Assembly (NCBI GenBank): GCA_950097015.1
Contig: CATNEN010000026.1
Coordinates: 1,488,001 to 1,552,000, forward strand
Direction: 5' to 3'
Length of the DNA stretch: 64,000 bases
From: Macrostomum hystrix
Taxonomy: Eukaryota; Animalia; Platyhelminthes
The position numbers and the translations under genes are program-made. The first letter of the stretch is position 1, and each line of letters starts with the position of its first letter. Below the pieces are notes generated by a model. The model ran no database searches. It saw only the letters and a program-made list of their open reading frames with translations, and was not told the origin of the DNA. Of this stretch, positions 13,591 through 24,820 are shown piece after piece.

Positions 13591-13652
13591 AGATTGGCTG
13601 ATTAAAAAGAGTGTACAACAAATGTGTAATCTCCATAGCACAGGTCACTTAC

Positions 13653-13854
13653 GCTCATTTTTGTGATGTGGTGGCTGCGTTTGTTTCGCAGAAGGAGAAC
13701 CAAAACTTTGCCAAGAGGACGGATTAGGCACTGTTGGCATGGTTGCAGTCAGGTGTGCAGCTCGCTCAATGCACCTATCGCCTCGTTTGCGCTTGGCAAG
13801 TAAACCAGAGAATTTCGAATTTTTCCTGCTCCTACAGCTATTTTTGTTTGGCAT
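13653..13854 (-). CDS. Putative exon 1 of the 11821-13854 gene (MPNKNSCRSRKNSKFSGLLAKRKRGDR...)
   Basis: ATG-initiated, Lys/Arg-rich, ends at a consensus donor GAGC|GTAAGT (13652), phase 1. Confidence 0.5.
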
Positions 13855-14366
13855 TATCTTTCATTTGTCATAGAAATTAGGTGACAAAATATCTGATATG
13901 GCTCATCGGTTTCAGAAAGCGCTATTGAAATCTTGTGAAGTTATACAGATATAATGCTTCTATAGATTTCTAGAAGCTATAATTATCTGGCGATGGTTTT
14001 CAGAAATCGAATCAATCATGTATGCCTAGAGTGAGTTTAATAAGACTAATACCGAAATTTAAAGCAATATTCTATCCAGGTCTTCTAGCAAGCATATGCC
14101 TTCGTACCATAGATAACGCATACGAGTGTAATAGATTCTGTGGACTTTTCAACTCACTTGAACCATAGACAAATTCCATGAATGTTGGACGACTTCGAAT
14201 TTGACGCATTCTTTTCGGATTTGGACTCGGCGGAAACATCTTCCACGTCGAGTAAAAGTGCAGACAGCCTAGGCATAATTGGCGAGTCCGTTTGGCAAGC
14301 TATCGTCATTCCAGACTTTCTCTCCCCCCCTCCTATTCAAAGCTGAGACACATTCATAGCTTAGTT

Positions 14367-15606
14367 CAGAGGTCGGCAAACTCCGGCCCGCGGGCCAGAT
14401 GCGGCCCTCGAAGCTCCCAAATCCGGCCCGTTGCCCCTTCTGACATCTACAGTGTCCTGTTTCATCTCTCTCGTGTCTAATCTCTCCCGTGTCTCATCGC
14501 TCTCGTATCTAATCTCTCCCGTGTCTCATCGCTCTCGTATCTAATCTCTCCCGTGTCTCATCTATCCCCTGTCTTATATCTCCCGTGTCTTATCTCTCCC
14601 GTGTCTTATCTCTCCCGTGTCAAATCTCTCCCATGTCTCATCTCTCCCGTGTCTCATCTCTCCCGTGTCTAATCTCTCCCGTGTCTAATTTCTCCCGTGT
14701 CTCATCTCTCTCGTATCTAATCTCTCCCGTGTCTAATCTCTCCCGTGTCTCATCGCTCTCGTATCTAATCTCTCCCGTGTCTCATCTCTCCCCTGTCTTA
14801 TATCTCCCGTGTCTCATCTCTCCCGTGTCTCATCGCTCTCGTATCTAATCTCTCCCGTGGCTCATCTCTCTCGTATCTAATCTCTCCCGTGTCTAATCTC
14901 TCCCGTGTCTAATTTCTCCCGTGTCTCATCGCTCTCGTATCTAATCTCTCCCGTGTCTCATCTATCCCCTGTCTTATATCTCCCGTGTCTTATCTCTCCC
15001 GTGTCTTATCTCTCCCGTGTCAAATCTCTCCCATGTCTCATCTCTCCCGTGTCTCATCTCTCCCGTGTCTAATCTCTCCCGTGTCTAATTTCTCCCGTGT
15101 CTCATCTCTCTCGTATCTAATCTCTCCCGTGTCTAATCTCTCCCGTGTCTCATCGCTCTCGTATCTAATCTCTCCCGTGTCTCATCTCTCCCCTGTCTTA
15201 TATCTCCCGTGTCTCATCTCTTCCGTGTCTCATCGCTCTCGTATCTAATCTCTCCCGTGGCTCATCTCTCTCGTATCTAATCTCTCCCGTGTCTCATCTC
15301 TCCCCTGTCTTATATCTCCCGTGTCTAATCTCTCCCGTGTCTAATCTCTCCCGTGTCTCATCTCTCCCGTGTCTAATCTCTCCCGTGTCTAATTTCTCCC
15401 GTGTCTAATCTCTCCCGTGTCTAATCTCTCCCGTGTCTAATCTCTCCCGTGTCTCATCTCTCCCGTGTCTAATCTCTCCCGTGTCTAATCTCTCCCGTGT
15501 CTAATCACTTTCGTGTCTAATCTGTCTTTTATACAGTCAATGCGGCCCGCTGTCGTCTTTTAGGCTCTCTCTTTGGCCCGCCAGCAAATAAGTTTGCCTA
15601 CCCCTG
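14367..15606. mobile_element. Non-autonomous hAT-like element (MITE) inflated by an internal minisatellite
   Basis: TIRs CAGAGGTCGGCAAACT / AGTTTGCCTACCCCTG (14/16 match); exact 8-bp TSD GCTTAGTT at 14359-14366 and 15607-15614. Confidence 0.92.
14460..15530. repeat. 16/17-bp minisatellite (TCTCCCGTGTCTCATC)n inside the hAT MITE, with a 400-bp internal duplication
   Basis: Direct reading; near-identical ORFs at 14585 and 14985 mark the 400-bp period. Confidence 0.93.
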
Positions 15607-15909
15607 GCTTAGTTACTACAATTCAACAAACACGAGAACAATCGTATATAGATTCGGGCTTTTGTGCTCAGTTCAGAATATTCCTAGGGTTCACAAAAGA
15701 GCATTTTGTCTAAGGCTACGCGCTGTTATAATGACTAAATGATATAGAAACGGTGAAATGACACGGTAGAAACGCCATGAAAGATTTAAAAGAAAAAAGG
15801 GAAAATCTTGCAGTCGATTTTTTTCAACAAGTTTATTGGTCCAAACGAATGAGAAACTGCTCATTCTGCTACAAACTCAAAAACTTTCTTCGGACAATTT
15901 TTATCTTCA

Positions 15910-17352
15910 TCAAATTAAATTGTAGTGTCCCTTTTTCAGCTTCAGTTGTGCCCGGAGTTTGGTGTTGCTATTTGCTGTTTTGCTGCTTGTCTTCGCTGCC
16001 GTAATTTTGCCATCGAACCTGGAAAAACTCTTGGATTCGCCACGCTGCCATTGCCCATCGGCGCCTTTTACCTCTAGCAGCAGGTACTGGTTATTGTACA
16101 CCTGATTCTCTAGGGTCTGATCCTTGTCAGTGAGTAGGTCGTAGCTTGTGCCGCTCAGAGACACCCACAGTCGGGTTTCGCGATCTTCCGGCACCTTAAA
16201 CAGCGACTTCATGGTGGCCTCTACATCGCTGAAAAGACAGGCGCGGGAGAACTTCTGGCAGATGGTCTTGTCCGGACTAGCCAGCTCTGCCAGCTTCAAG
16301 TCCAGCAGGTAGACTTCAATTTCCAAGGTGCGGGTGAACTTGCCCTTTTCTATCACTTTGCGAAAGATTGGCTCTGGCTGTTTGGTCTTGTAATAGTTGG
16401 CCAGCAGCTCCCAGGCATCCTTGTGCATAAAGAAGTAGTTAATTTCAGCAAGTGTGCCCTCCTTTAATCTGCCATCAGGCTCAAGGATGTCGGCATTGTC
16501 AATGGGTCCAGGATGATAGTTCTCATCACCCAGTTTGCTTACATAGAAGGATTCGCCGCCAACATACTCCTTCCAAAGCTTCACCCAGCGTGAGGAAACC
16601 ACAGCCCAGGTGTCTCCTTTGACTAAAGCAGTGAGATTTAACTGCTTCACCTTCTCAAATTGCTTTTTTAACTCGGCTCTGAGTGCCTCACACTTTGGTG
16701 GTACAACAGCAAGCTCACGTTCAACTATAGACTGCCTCATGTTGATCACTGTCGCAGCAGAGTCACTTGCCAGCTGGTCGATCGCGCTCTGCAGTTGCAT
16801 CACCGACATGACTGAGGTCTCTCTCACGGCAGCTCGCGCCACTCGCTCTCTCTCAAAGTCATCCTTCAGCGTGTCCACAGACCACAGCATGGACAGCGTG
16901 AGCTGGCACAGTTTCTGCATGTCGCCGCTCGCCTCCGTCTCCGACTCCTCTCTGCGGAACTCGCCGATGTCCTCACAGTCGGCCAGCAAGGTCTGAGTTG
17001 AATCCAGCTTCTCTGTGAGCTGCCGAACCACTCTCGACTCCCACTTGTTGATGGACTCACGAGCTGACGCAAACGCTTGCTGAACTGTCCGAAGGCCCGC
17101 CGAGGTGTCGTTGACTCGCTGTCGAAGCGACTGCAGATCGTCGGTAGGGAGCGATTCCAGCTTGTCGTGCAATTCTCTCTGCAGCCTTCGCACATGCTCA
17201 GTGTCCTCTATCAGGTGGTTGGTGCACTTCGGCTGCCGGCTGTGCGGTCCGATGCCAGCCGCAGGACTGTCGCATGTGCACACGCAGCATGGAGTCACTG
17301 TCTGTGCTAATCTGTTTTCACCTTGTGCATCTGAATCACCTGAGTTGCTCAT
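15910..17352 (-). CDS. 480-aa intronless protein: Cys/His-rich N-terminus + coiled coil + USP4/USP15-type DUSP and UBL domains, no catalytic USP domain
   Basis: [70 protein letters not shown] align by eye with the USP15 N-terminus ([70 protein letters not shown]). Stop follows ~40 aa after the UBL. Confidence 0.88.
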   Translation of the reverse strand: [480 protein letters not shown]

Positions 17353-17891
17353 TCTTCTTTAATAAAGTTTTTCTTGAGTATCAGTCTAGTATATGAGCAG
17401 AATAACTAAATAATAAACACAATCCATTGTGTTTATATAACAAGCTAGCAGAATTCGCTCAGTTAAGTTTATTATACAGAACACCCCTAGTGTACTTTGA
17501 TATGTACAGTGGTTTTATGACTTAAATCGTAAAGCATAAAACACTTAATGTAGACAGTGTACAGCATAAAATAAAGTATAAAATATTCGTATAGCTATAG
17601 CTGTGAAGTGGAAATGGTGGGCAGTGTTGTGCTTTTTCGTTTTTTTTCTCCGGAAAGCCAAGCAGGCTTGGCTTGCCATTCCATTGGCTGCAACTTGCCC
17701 GCAGTTGTTTGCATTTTTTCTAACATAGCAAATTAAAATGTCACTATTTACAGTTAATATATTTCTCGCGACACTGTACACTTTTTCGAGTGCTGGGCAT
17801 AGCTAAATATTTTAAACCTCATTAAATTAAGACGTGTTAACTTTAAAACAGGAAAATCAATTTTAACCTTATTAAAAACCGTATTGGCCGG

Positions 17892-18326
17892 CAGTGGCGC
17901 AACCAGGGGGGGGGCGGGGTGGCGGCCGCCCCCCTTCGGGCCGCGGGCAATGTACGCAAAGTGCAAGCCATGCCAATTAAGATGCTCCTTAATTGATTAC
18001 CTTATCTCATTCCCTGTCCCCCAAGTCCAACGTACATAGACCTAAGACCAAGTCCAAGACCATTGGTAGTATATTAATTTTCAAGCTTTCATTATAATCG
18101 TGCGTGCGGATTTTTTAAACCTTTTAAGTCGTCTGGGCCGTACCCTACCGGCCCTTGAAATTGGCCCAGGAATGGTGGGCGAAAACCGCGAAACCAGGTG
18201 GAGCGCGATCCACCTGGCGCCCCCCCCCCCTTCGACCCGCGGGGCAATGTACGCAAAGGGCAATGTACGCAAAAGGCAATGTACGCAAAGACCGCCCCCC
18301 TAAGGCAAAACCTGGTTGCGCCACTG
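17892..18326. mobile_element. MITE with hAT-like termini
   Basis: Perfect 16-bp TIR CAGTGGCGCAACCAGG / CCTGGTTGCGCCACTG; internal repeats of GGCAATGTACGCAAA; no clean TSD found. Confidence 0.7.
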
Positions 18327-20359
18327 GCCAATGGCCGGAAGTTTAACTTTCATGATAGTTAATAGATTTTACATTACCTTTGTGCTGAAACTGCCTATAC
18401 ATCCCGAAGATGCAGCATATTTTTACCACTTTTTACAATACTGCTTTGAATTTAAGAGAAGCTTGCATCGAGTTTCTAAGAATAAAGAGAAGTCGCAGTC
18501 GCAGAATTGTCAAAGTTGCTGCTACTGGCATTGCTGCTTGCTGCTTGATGCAGCAGGAGTAGAGGCCAAGAATGTTCATCCTGTTGTTGGCCTGGGGTGC
18601 CTAGGCTATTCTTGCTGTTTTCTGGTTCTGGAAGTTCCATGTCCTCCACTTCATCTTCTTCAACGCCTTCCCCCATGTCCACATGACCGTGTGAATTGAT
18701 TCACATGAGTGAATATGGAGTCACTAAAACTTCTATTTTTAATTTTTCTTTTTAACTTTATTTTCTGTCACCTTAGATAAAAGTCAACTACCAAAAATTA
18801 TTTTTTGGATCTGGGGGCTGTTAACTTTTCCCCAGGACCTGCTATATACGGGTTTGCTCTATTGCGTTTTAAAGTCTACCAACCTGCCATATGCTCAGTA
18901 CAATATACTCAGTAAGACTCCCCGGTCGCCAGCAATAGGGCCAGCAATAGACTTTTGAAAACTTGGTGTGCCACTGCTGGAAATGAATGAATTTTATTTA
19001 TTTTGACCCACAGATTCTGTGCCACGCAGAATTGAGGCCTCCAAGACAGGTCGCTTGGATCCAGAGCGGCGAAATTTGTTTTTTTTTATTGCTGGAGCTA
19101 TTGCTGGTCTCCCACTCCGTGACGCAATGAGGAAAATGTGTGCCGTTTCTATTTTTAAGAGAAGCATAACAGGTTCTTCTTGTGTCACACTACCCAGGGT
19201 TTGTGCCGCTCTGTCTAAGCATGTAGGAAGTAATAAAGTACTTTTACGGCTTTACGCCAGTCATTTTATTGCTGGACTTACCACGCTGCACAGAGCGGCT
19301 AAAATGGCACACAATACATATTTTTCGCTTTATTAGCGCAAGAAGTAACTGTGCCACAATATTTAAGAGTACTTGCTATTAGTCTAGGCACATTGCTAAA
19401 AACTATGTAACGTCCCTATAATCTATAGATGTCTTCAAGGATCGTTTGTCGTGAAATATTCAAACTGCAGCTAAAGTTTTCAACGAACTTGTCGTACCCC
19501 ACGTGGTGTGAAACCCTCAACACTTAGGATTCGAAGCACTATTTTTCGAAATGAAGCTCTATTAGAATATTACTTTCAACAATAGTATATACCCTTTTGT
19601 GGTTTAATTTATGTGCAAAGACTGTCAAGAGTATAGTGTTATGCAGTGTATAGCTAGACCTAGTTATACATAGACCTACACTTGTGGGGGAGAGAAGAGT
19701 TCTAACCCTATATGGCTATGGAAATGGAATAGAGAAAAAGACTTTCTAAAAGTTTCTCATATGATTTTTTGCTTTTGAACAAAAGATAGCTATGCCTATG
19801 CTTAGCTATATAGCTAGCTAAAGCAGGATTAAGATGGCTATGAAAAAATCCTAGAAAAAAGAATGTTGTACTTAGACTTAGAATACTGTAGAGCTAGTTA
19901 TGACAATTTTAATATAATTGTATTCCTCAAACATATTTCATTGAATATATATATAGAAAGCCAACTTGATATGATATTATATAATATTAAGCATATTTAT
20001 TATTTAACATTATTGTATACTCACATAGGGAAAAATGAAATTGTCTATTTGTTTGTTAACTTCTCTAAAAAAATGTATAGACTGACATGCTAAAAAAGAC
20101 AAAATATTTTTCCCTCATTATTTGTTTACTCTATTTAGATTCCACAATTTGGTTTATATAATTTATTCAATTTACTTATATTTGGGTTCAATAAATGATT
20201 AGCTACTTCTAAATTCTATATTCTAGCTTATATTGTCACATCAAAATTTTGTCTTTCAAGTTCAAAGAAATTTATTGCTATATTTGCTATTGTTTTTGAT
20301 AAACCATGATTATCTTGTCTAGCCATGTCAGCTATGCCTAGCAATATATAATAATGTCT

Positions 20360-21570
20360 AGGCCTAGCCATGCCCAGCCAAGCCAAGCCATGCCAAACTA
20401 TGCCTAGCCATGCCCAGCAATGCCCTACAATGTATAACCATGTCTAGCCATGCCCAACCATGCCCAACTATTCACAGCCATGCCCAACCATGCCCAACTA
20501 TTCCCAGCCATGCCCAACCATGCCCAACTATTCCTAGCCATGCCCAACCATGCCCAACTATTCCCAGCCATGCCCAACCATGCCCAGGCTTGCCAAACCA
20601 TGCCTAGCTATACCTGCCATGCCCAACCATGCCTAGCCATGCCCAGGCTTGCCAAACCATGCCCAACTATTCCCAGCCATGCCCAACCATGCCCAACTAT
20701 TCACAGCCATGCCCAACCATGCCCAACTATTCCCAGCCATGCCCAACCATGCCCAGCCATGCCCAGGCTTGCCAAACCATGCCCAGGCTTGCCAAACTAT
20801 GCCCAGCAATGTCTAACCATACGTAGCTTTACATGCCATGCCCAGCAATGTCTAACCATGCCTAGCTATACCTGTTATGCCCAACCATGCCCAACTATTC
20901 CCAGCCATGCCCAACCATGCCCAACTATTCCCAGCCATGCCCAACCATGCCCAACTATTCACAGCCATGCCCAACTATTCCCAGCCATGCCCAACCATGC
21001 CCAACTATTCCCAGCCATGCCCAACCATGCCCAACTATTCACAGCCATGCCCAACTATTCACAGCCATGCCCAACCATGCCCAACTATTCACAGCCATGC
21101 CCAACTATTCCCAGCCATGCCCAACCATGCCCAACTATTCCCAGCCATGCCCAACCATGCCCAGCCATGTCCAGGCTTGCCAAACCATGCCCAGGCTTGC
21201 CAAACTATGCCCAGCAATGTCTAACCATACGTAGCTTTACATGCCATGCCCAGCAATGTCTAACCATGCCTAGCTATACCTGCCATGCCCAACCATGCCC
21301 AACTATTCCCAGCCATGCCCAACCATGCCCAACTATTCCCAGCCATGCCCAACCATGCCCTACAATGTCTAACCATGCCCAGCCATGCCTAGCAATGCCC
21401 AGCCATGCCCAACCATGCCCAACCATGCCCTAAAATGTCTAACCATGCCCAGCCATGCCTTGCAATGCCCTACAATGTCTAACCATGCCCAGCCATGCCC
21501 AGCCATGCCAAACCATGCCCTACAATGTCTAACCATGCCTAGCCATGCCCAACCATGCCTAGCCATGCCG
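20360..21570 (+). repeat. 10-bp-based (CCATGCCCAA) minisatellite with 30-bp higher-order unit; inner part of the left TIR
   Basis: Direct reading; inverted copy at 25355-25700. Confidence 0.95.
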
Positions 21571-22244
21571 TCTCTCGAGCTTGTTCCTTGCCGTAATGTG
21601 CCTTTAAACATGAGACGCGTGCTTTTGTAACGTTTCCTCATTCCTCACTTTTTTCAGTTCGATTTGTTCCATGGCGCTTGTCAGTCGCATTTTATGTAGG
21701 CAACCTTTGGAGTCTGAGGTTTTTGTACAATTGGCTCCTCTAGGAAGCTCCTACGTCTGTCCTGCGGGTTCGTTCGCTTCGTGGGTTGATCTAGACAACT
21801 GTCCTCCATCTCTTGCCAGGCTCCGGCTTTAAGAACTGCCTTAAGAACAGCCATTATGGGACTAGTGGCCATTCAAAATCGTACTACTGGAGGTCTGATC
21901 ATGCTGTAAGTCACTTTCGTGTTCAATGAAATGTATGCATTCTTTTATTATAGAAACGTATGTTCTAGTGTACTCTTGGTCCAGTTCTTCTTCTATTCTA
22001 ATAGACCTGTGTTATTGCAATCGGTATTCTGGTTTTTGTAGTTCAGTTTTATTGGAACAATCGTAGCAAGGAGAACATAAATGATTGATATATTTATGCA
22101 TCAGTATTTTATTCACCTTTTTACAATTGAGAGTGACTGTCTAAATAATGCGCTCCTTCACAGGCTCTATGCTAGCTTCCGGTATCAGGCGGATCTGGCA
22201 GTCCGGTTCGCGGACTCTGGTGGCATTCACTGAAACTTCGCCAT

Positions 22245-22793
22245 ATGGAAGACGATGTCTTTCACAACTTACTGCTGAAACAAGTGGATTTGCGAGTGAC
22301 TGCTTCAGATGGCGGCATTGGTACTCAAGTCGATGGTTCACCGAAGCAAGCCGAGAAGCAGCAGCAGATTGTGCAGACTGACGAAGGCATGCGACAGATG
22401 CAACAGCAGCTGGACGAAGGCCTGCGGCAGATGCAGCAGGACATGCAACAGCAGCTGGACGAAGGCATGCGGCAGATGCAGCAGGACATGCAACAGCAGC
22501 TGGACGAAGGCATGCGGCAGATGCAGCAGGACATGCAACAGCAGCTGGACGAAGGCATACGCCGAAGGAAGCAGACAGTGCAGGAAGGATCTCTGCCTGC
22601 AGCAGCTTCCAAGGTTCATCGATGTGAAGATGGCAGTTCCGACGAGGGAGAGCCGGAAGCTCAAATGCAGAGGGAACTAGAGACTGTACCGAAAAGGAAA
22701 ACGACGAAGAAGGGAACACTTTGCAATCCATGGAGCGGGGCTAGCGTGCAAACCAGCTGTACTGCCCGAATTTTGCGCTCGAGACGGGTTTAA
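22245..22793 (+). CDS. Cargo ORF, 182 aa, Gln-rich with 15-aa (45-bp) repeat QQLDEGMRQMQQDMQ, predicted coiled coil
   Basis: ATG-initiated ORF; repeat unit is a multiple of 3 with non-repetitive in-frame flanks; GC-richer than surroundings. No family recognised. Confidence 0.5.
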   Translation: MEDDVFHNLLLKQVDLRVTASDGGIGTQVDGSPKQAEKQQQIVQTDEGMRQMQQQLDEGLRQMQQDMQQQLDEGMRQMQQDMQQQLDEGMRQMQQDMQQQLDEGIRRRKQTVQEGSLPAAASKVHRCEDGSSDEGEPEAQMQRELETVPKRKTTKKGTLCNPWSGASVQTSCTARILRSRRV

Positions 22794-23546
22794 TGCAAGC
22801 TGTTTTAGCATTTTGCCTTATAGCCTTTGCGAAGCAGTGATTTCAGGAGCAAAAAATTGTGCTTTTAATCAAGCACAAGCAGCTGTAAAATAAGATCGTA
22901 AATGTGACTTCTTTCAAGTGGAATGCATTGCGGCTAAAATGAATATTACGAGCTATATGCTGAATGCCATATGCTACATGTATATGCTTAAGCCGACGAA
23001 CGATGACTATCACGCGCAAAATGTTTTGCGGTTTTATTGTATATTGAAGCTACTAAAGCTACATTTTTGAACGGATACCAGTTACGCTAAGCACATCTAT
23101 CTTGTCAAACAGACAATGACAAGATGACAATCTTGTCTATCTTGTCAACGGCTAAATATAGTTGTTGGATCATTGTTCGCTACATTTCAAATTGGCATTT
23201 CTGTTTAAGGACCAGATTGTCTGGTCTTCACTAGCATGCACAACAAGTTTGTCAAAGTTTTTCTCCTGCGTCAGTTTATTCTCGAACCCACGAATCTTAC
23301 GCGCGTATTATCATAGCGCTTTTCCAAAATCATAAGGGCAGCAATATCGTGCATTTCTATCGCTCTCTCTTCATTTCTTTTTTTAAATAAGAAGTAAAGT
23401 GCTGGAAGCAAGCCGTTTACAAGCTTGATTACTGAAAACGAAACAAACAAAAGTGATTTCTGAAGCTTGTCTCTAACAAACTGGTCGTAAGTTGTGTATA
23501 CTTGTAAAATGTTTGCGTCAAACTGACGCGAAGAAAATAAAATATA

Positions 23547-23972
23547 CCTCTGCGATTGAAATCATCCAAACTCACAAAACAATTCATCCAGTATGGGCTG
23601 GTGACTGGGCATCGCAGTCAGTCTCTGTCATAGACACCAGCGTTCCCGCAAAACGACCCAGCCAGTCTGCGAATCATTTCGTCCATGATACAAGAGATAA
23701 GAGAGGAAAAGAGGGCTGAGAGACGGAGATAGAAAGGAGGGGGTGGAGAGGTTTGAATTGGGGTACCGCGCACCGTGTTGGCGAAAAGGGGTAGGAGCTA
23801 TCTATGGTAGAAAGCCCCAGCCCCAGTGCAGAGGATGAAATGATTCGCAGACTGGATGAATCGTTTTGCGGGAACGCTGGTGTCTATGGCAGAGACTGAC
23901 TGCGATGCCCAGTCACCAGCCCATACTGGATGAATTGTTTTGTGAGTTTGGATGAATTCAATCGCAAAAAGG
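23547..23972. mobile_element. 426-bp MITE with ~135-bp TIRs, flanked by TATA
   Basis: 23547-23680 is the reverse complement of 23837-23972; TATA|CCTCTGCG...CGCAAAAAGG|TATA. Confidence 0.8.
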
Positions 23973-24417
23973 TATAGTAGATACGATCCTGTCATGAGAA
24001 TACAGCAAGCCAGCGTAATGCAATGGCTGAGGCAAAAGTATCGCACACATAAAAGCGGGTCAGAAAAGATAAATGAAACTATTATACAAGGCAGCAAAAG
24101 TTGTTTTACGCTGTGGGGACGCGCATTGAAGCCAGGAGAATATTCATATGTAAAAGGGTAAACGATTCCGTCTGAATACTTTAAAAGCTGTAAGAGGCTA
24201 GGAACATAGGAAAATATATATGAACGCTATATTCACCACAAACAGGAAAGCATGATTTGCACTTGTAGAAAGAAATAAATGCTGTGTTCATTCTTAATCA
24301 GTGATGGGCGCGCTGCTCAATGATGGGGATCGATATCTTCATTTAAAAGTAACGCTTTCCCCGTTACTCCACGAAGTACAAAAATAACTAAGATGGCAAT
24401 GATCGATAGTTACTATA

Positions 24418-24627
24418 CCTTTTTGCGTTTTAGTTCGTCACATCTGCTATTAATTTCGGCAGACACGAAAGAGTGACATTTTCCCATAGACAAAAGTCCA
24501 TATATCGCACCCGCAAGCATCTGCAATTGTATTCGGCATCATTCAGAATTGAAAGCGAATTTTTATGTGCTAGTGACAGCCCTTGCCGAAATCAATTGCA
24601 GATGTGACGAATTGAAGTGCAAAAAGG
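24418..24627. mobile_element. 210-bp MITE with ~45-bp imperfect TIRs, flanked by TATA
   Basis: TATA|CCTTTTTGCG...TTCGTCACATCTGC... and ...GCAGATGTGACGAA...GCAAAAAGG|TATA. Confidence 0.75.
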
Positions 24628-24820
24628 TATATTTCTGATGTCTCTGTTTTCCGGCCATTTCTTGGCTGGTACCGACAATTACTACCTCTACTGTTAATTA
24701 TCACGTCCAAAACTTCCTAAGGATAGCAGCTCCCAGCGAATGCAGCGCTGGTATCAAAATTCGAAGCAGAATCGTGCGAACTCGTGCGATTAGCAGAGCC
24801 AATAGAGACAGCTGTGAAAA

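Noticed and set aside
18476-18682. Acidic 68-aa minus-strand ORF (MDMGEGVEEDEVED...)
   Set aside because: Short, low complexity, no supporting splice partner or homology recognised.
19019-20093. ORFs duplicated in both TIRs (105 aa and 73-76 aa; mirror copies 26744-27061, 25996-26217)
   Set aside because: Built from subterminal motifs and AT-rich sequence; no transposase or Cys-box motif; one copy is frameshifted.
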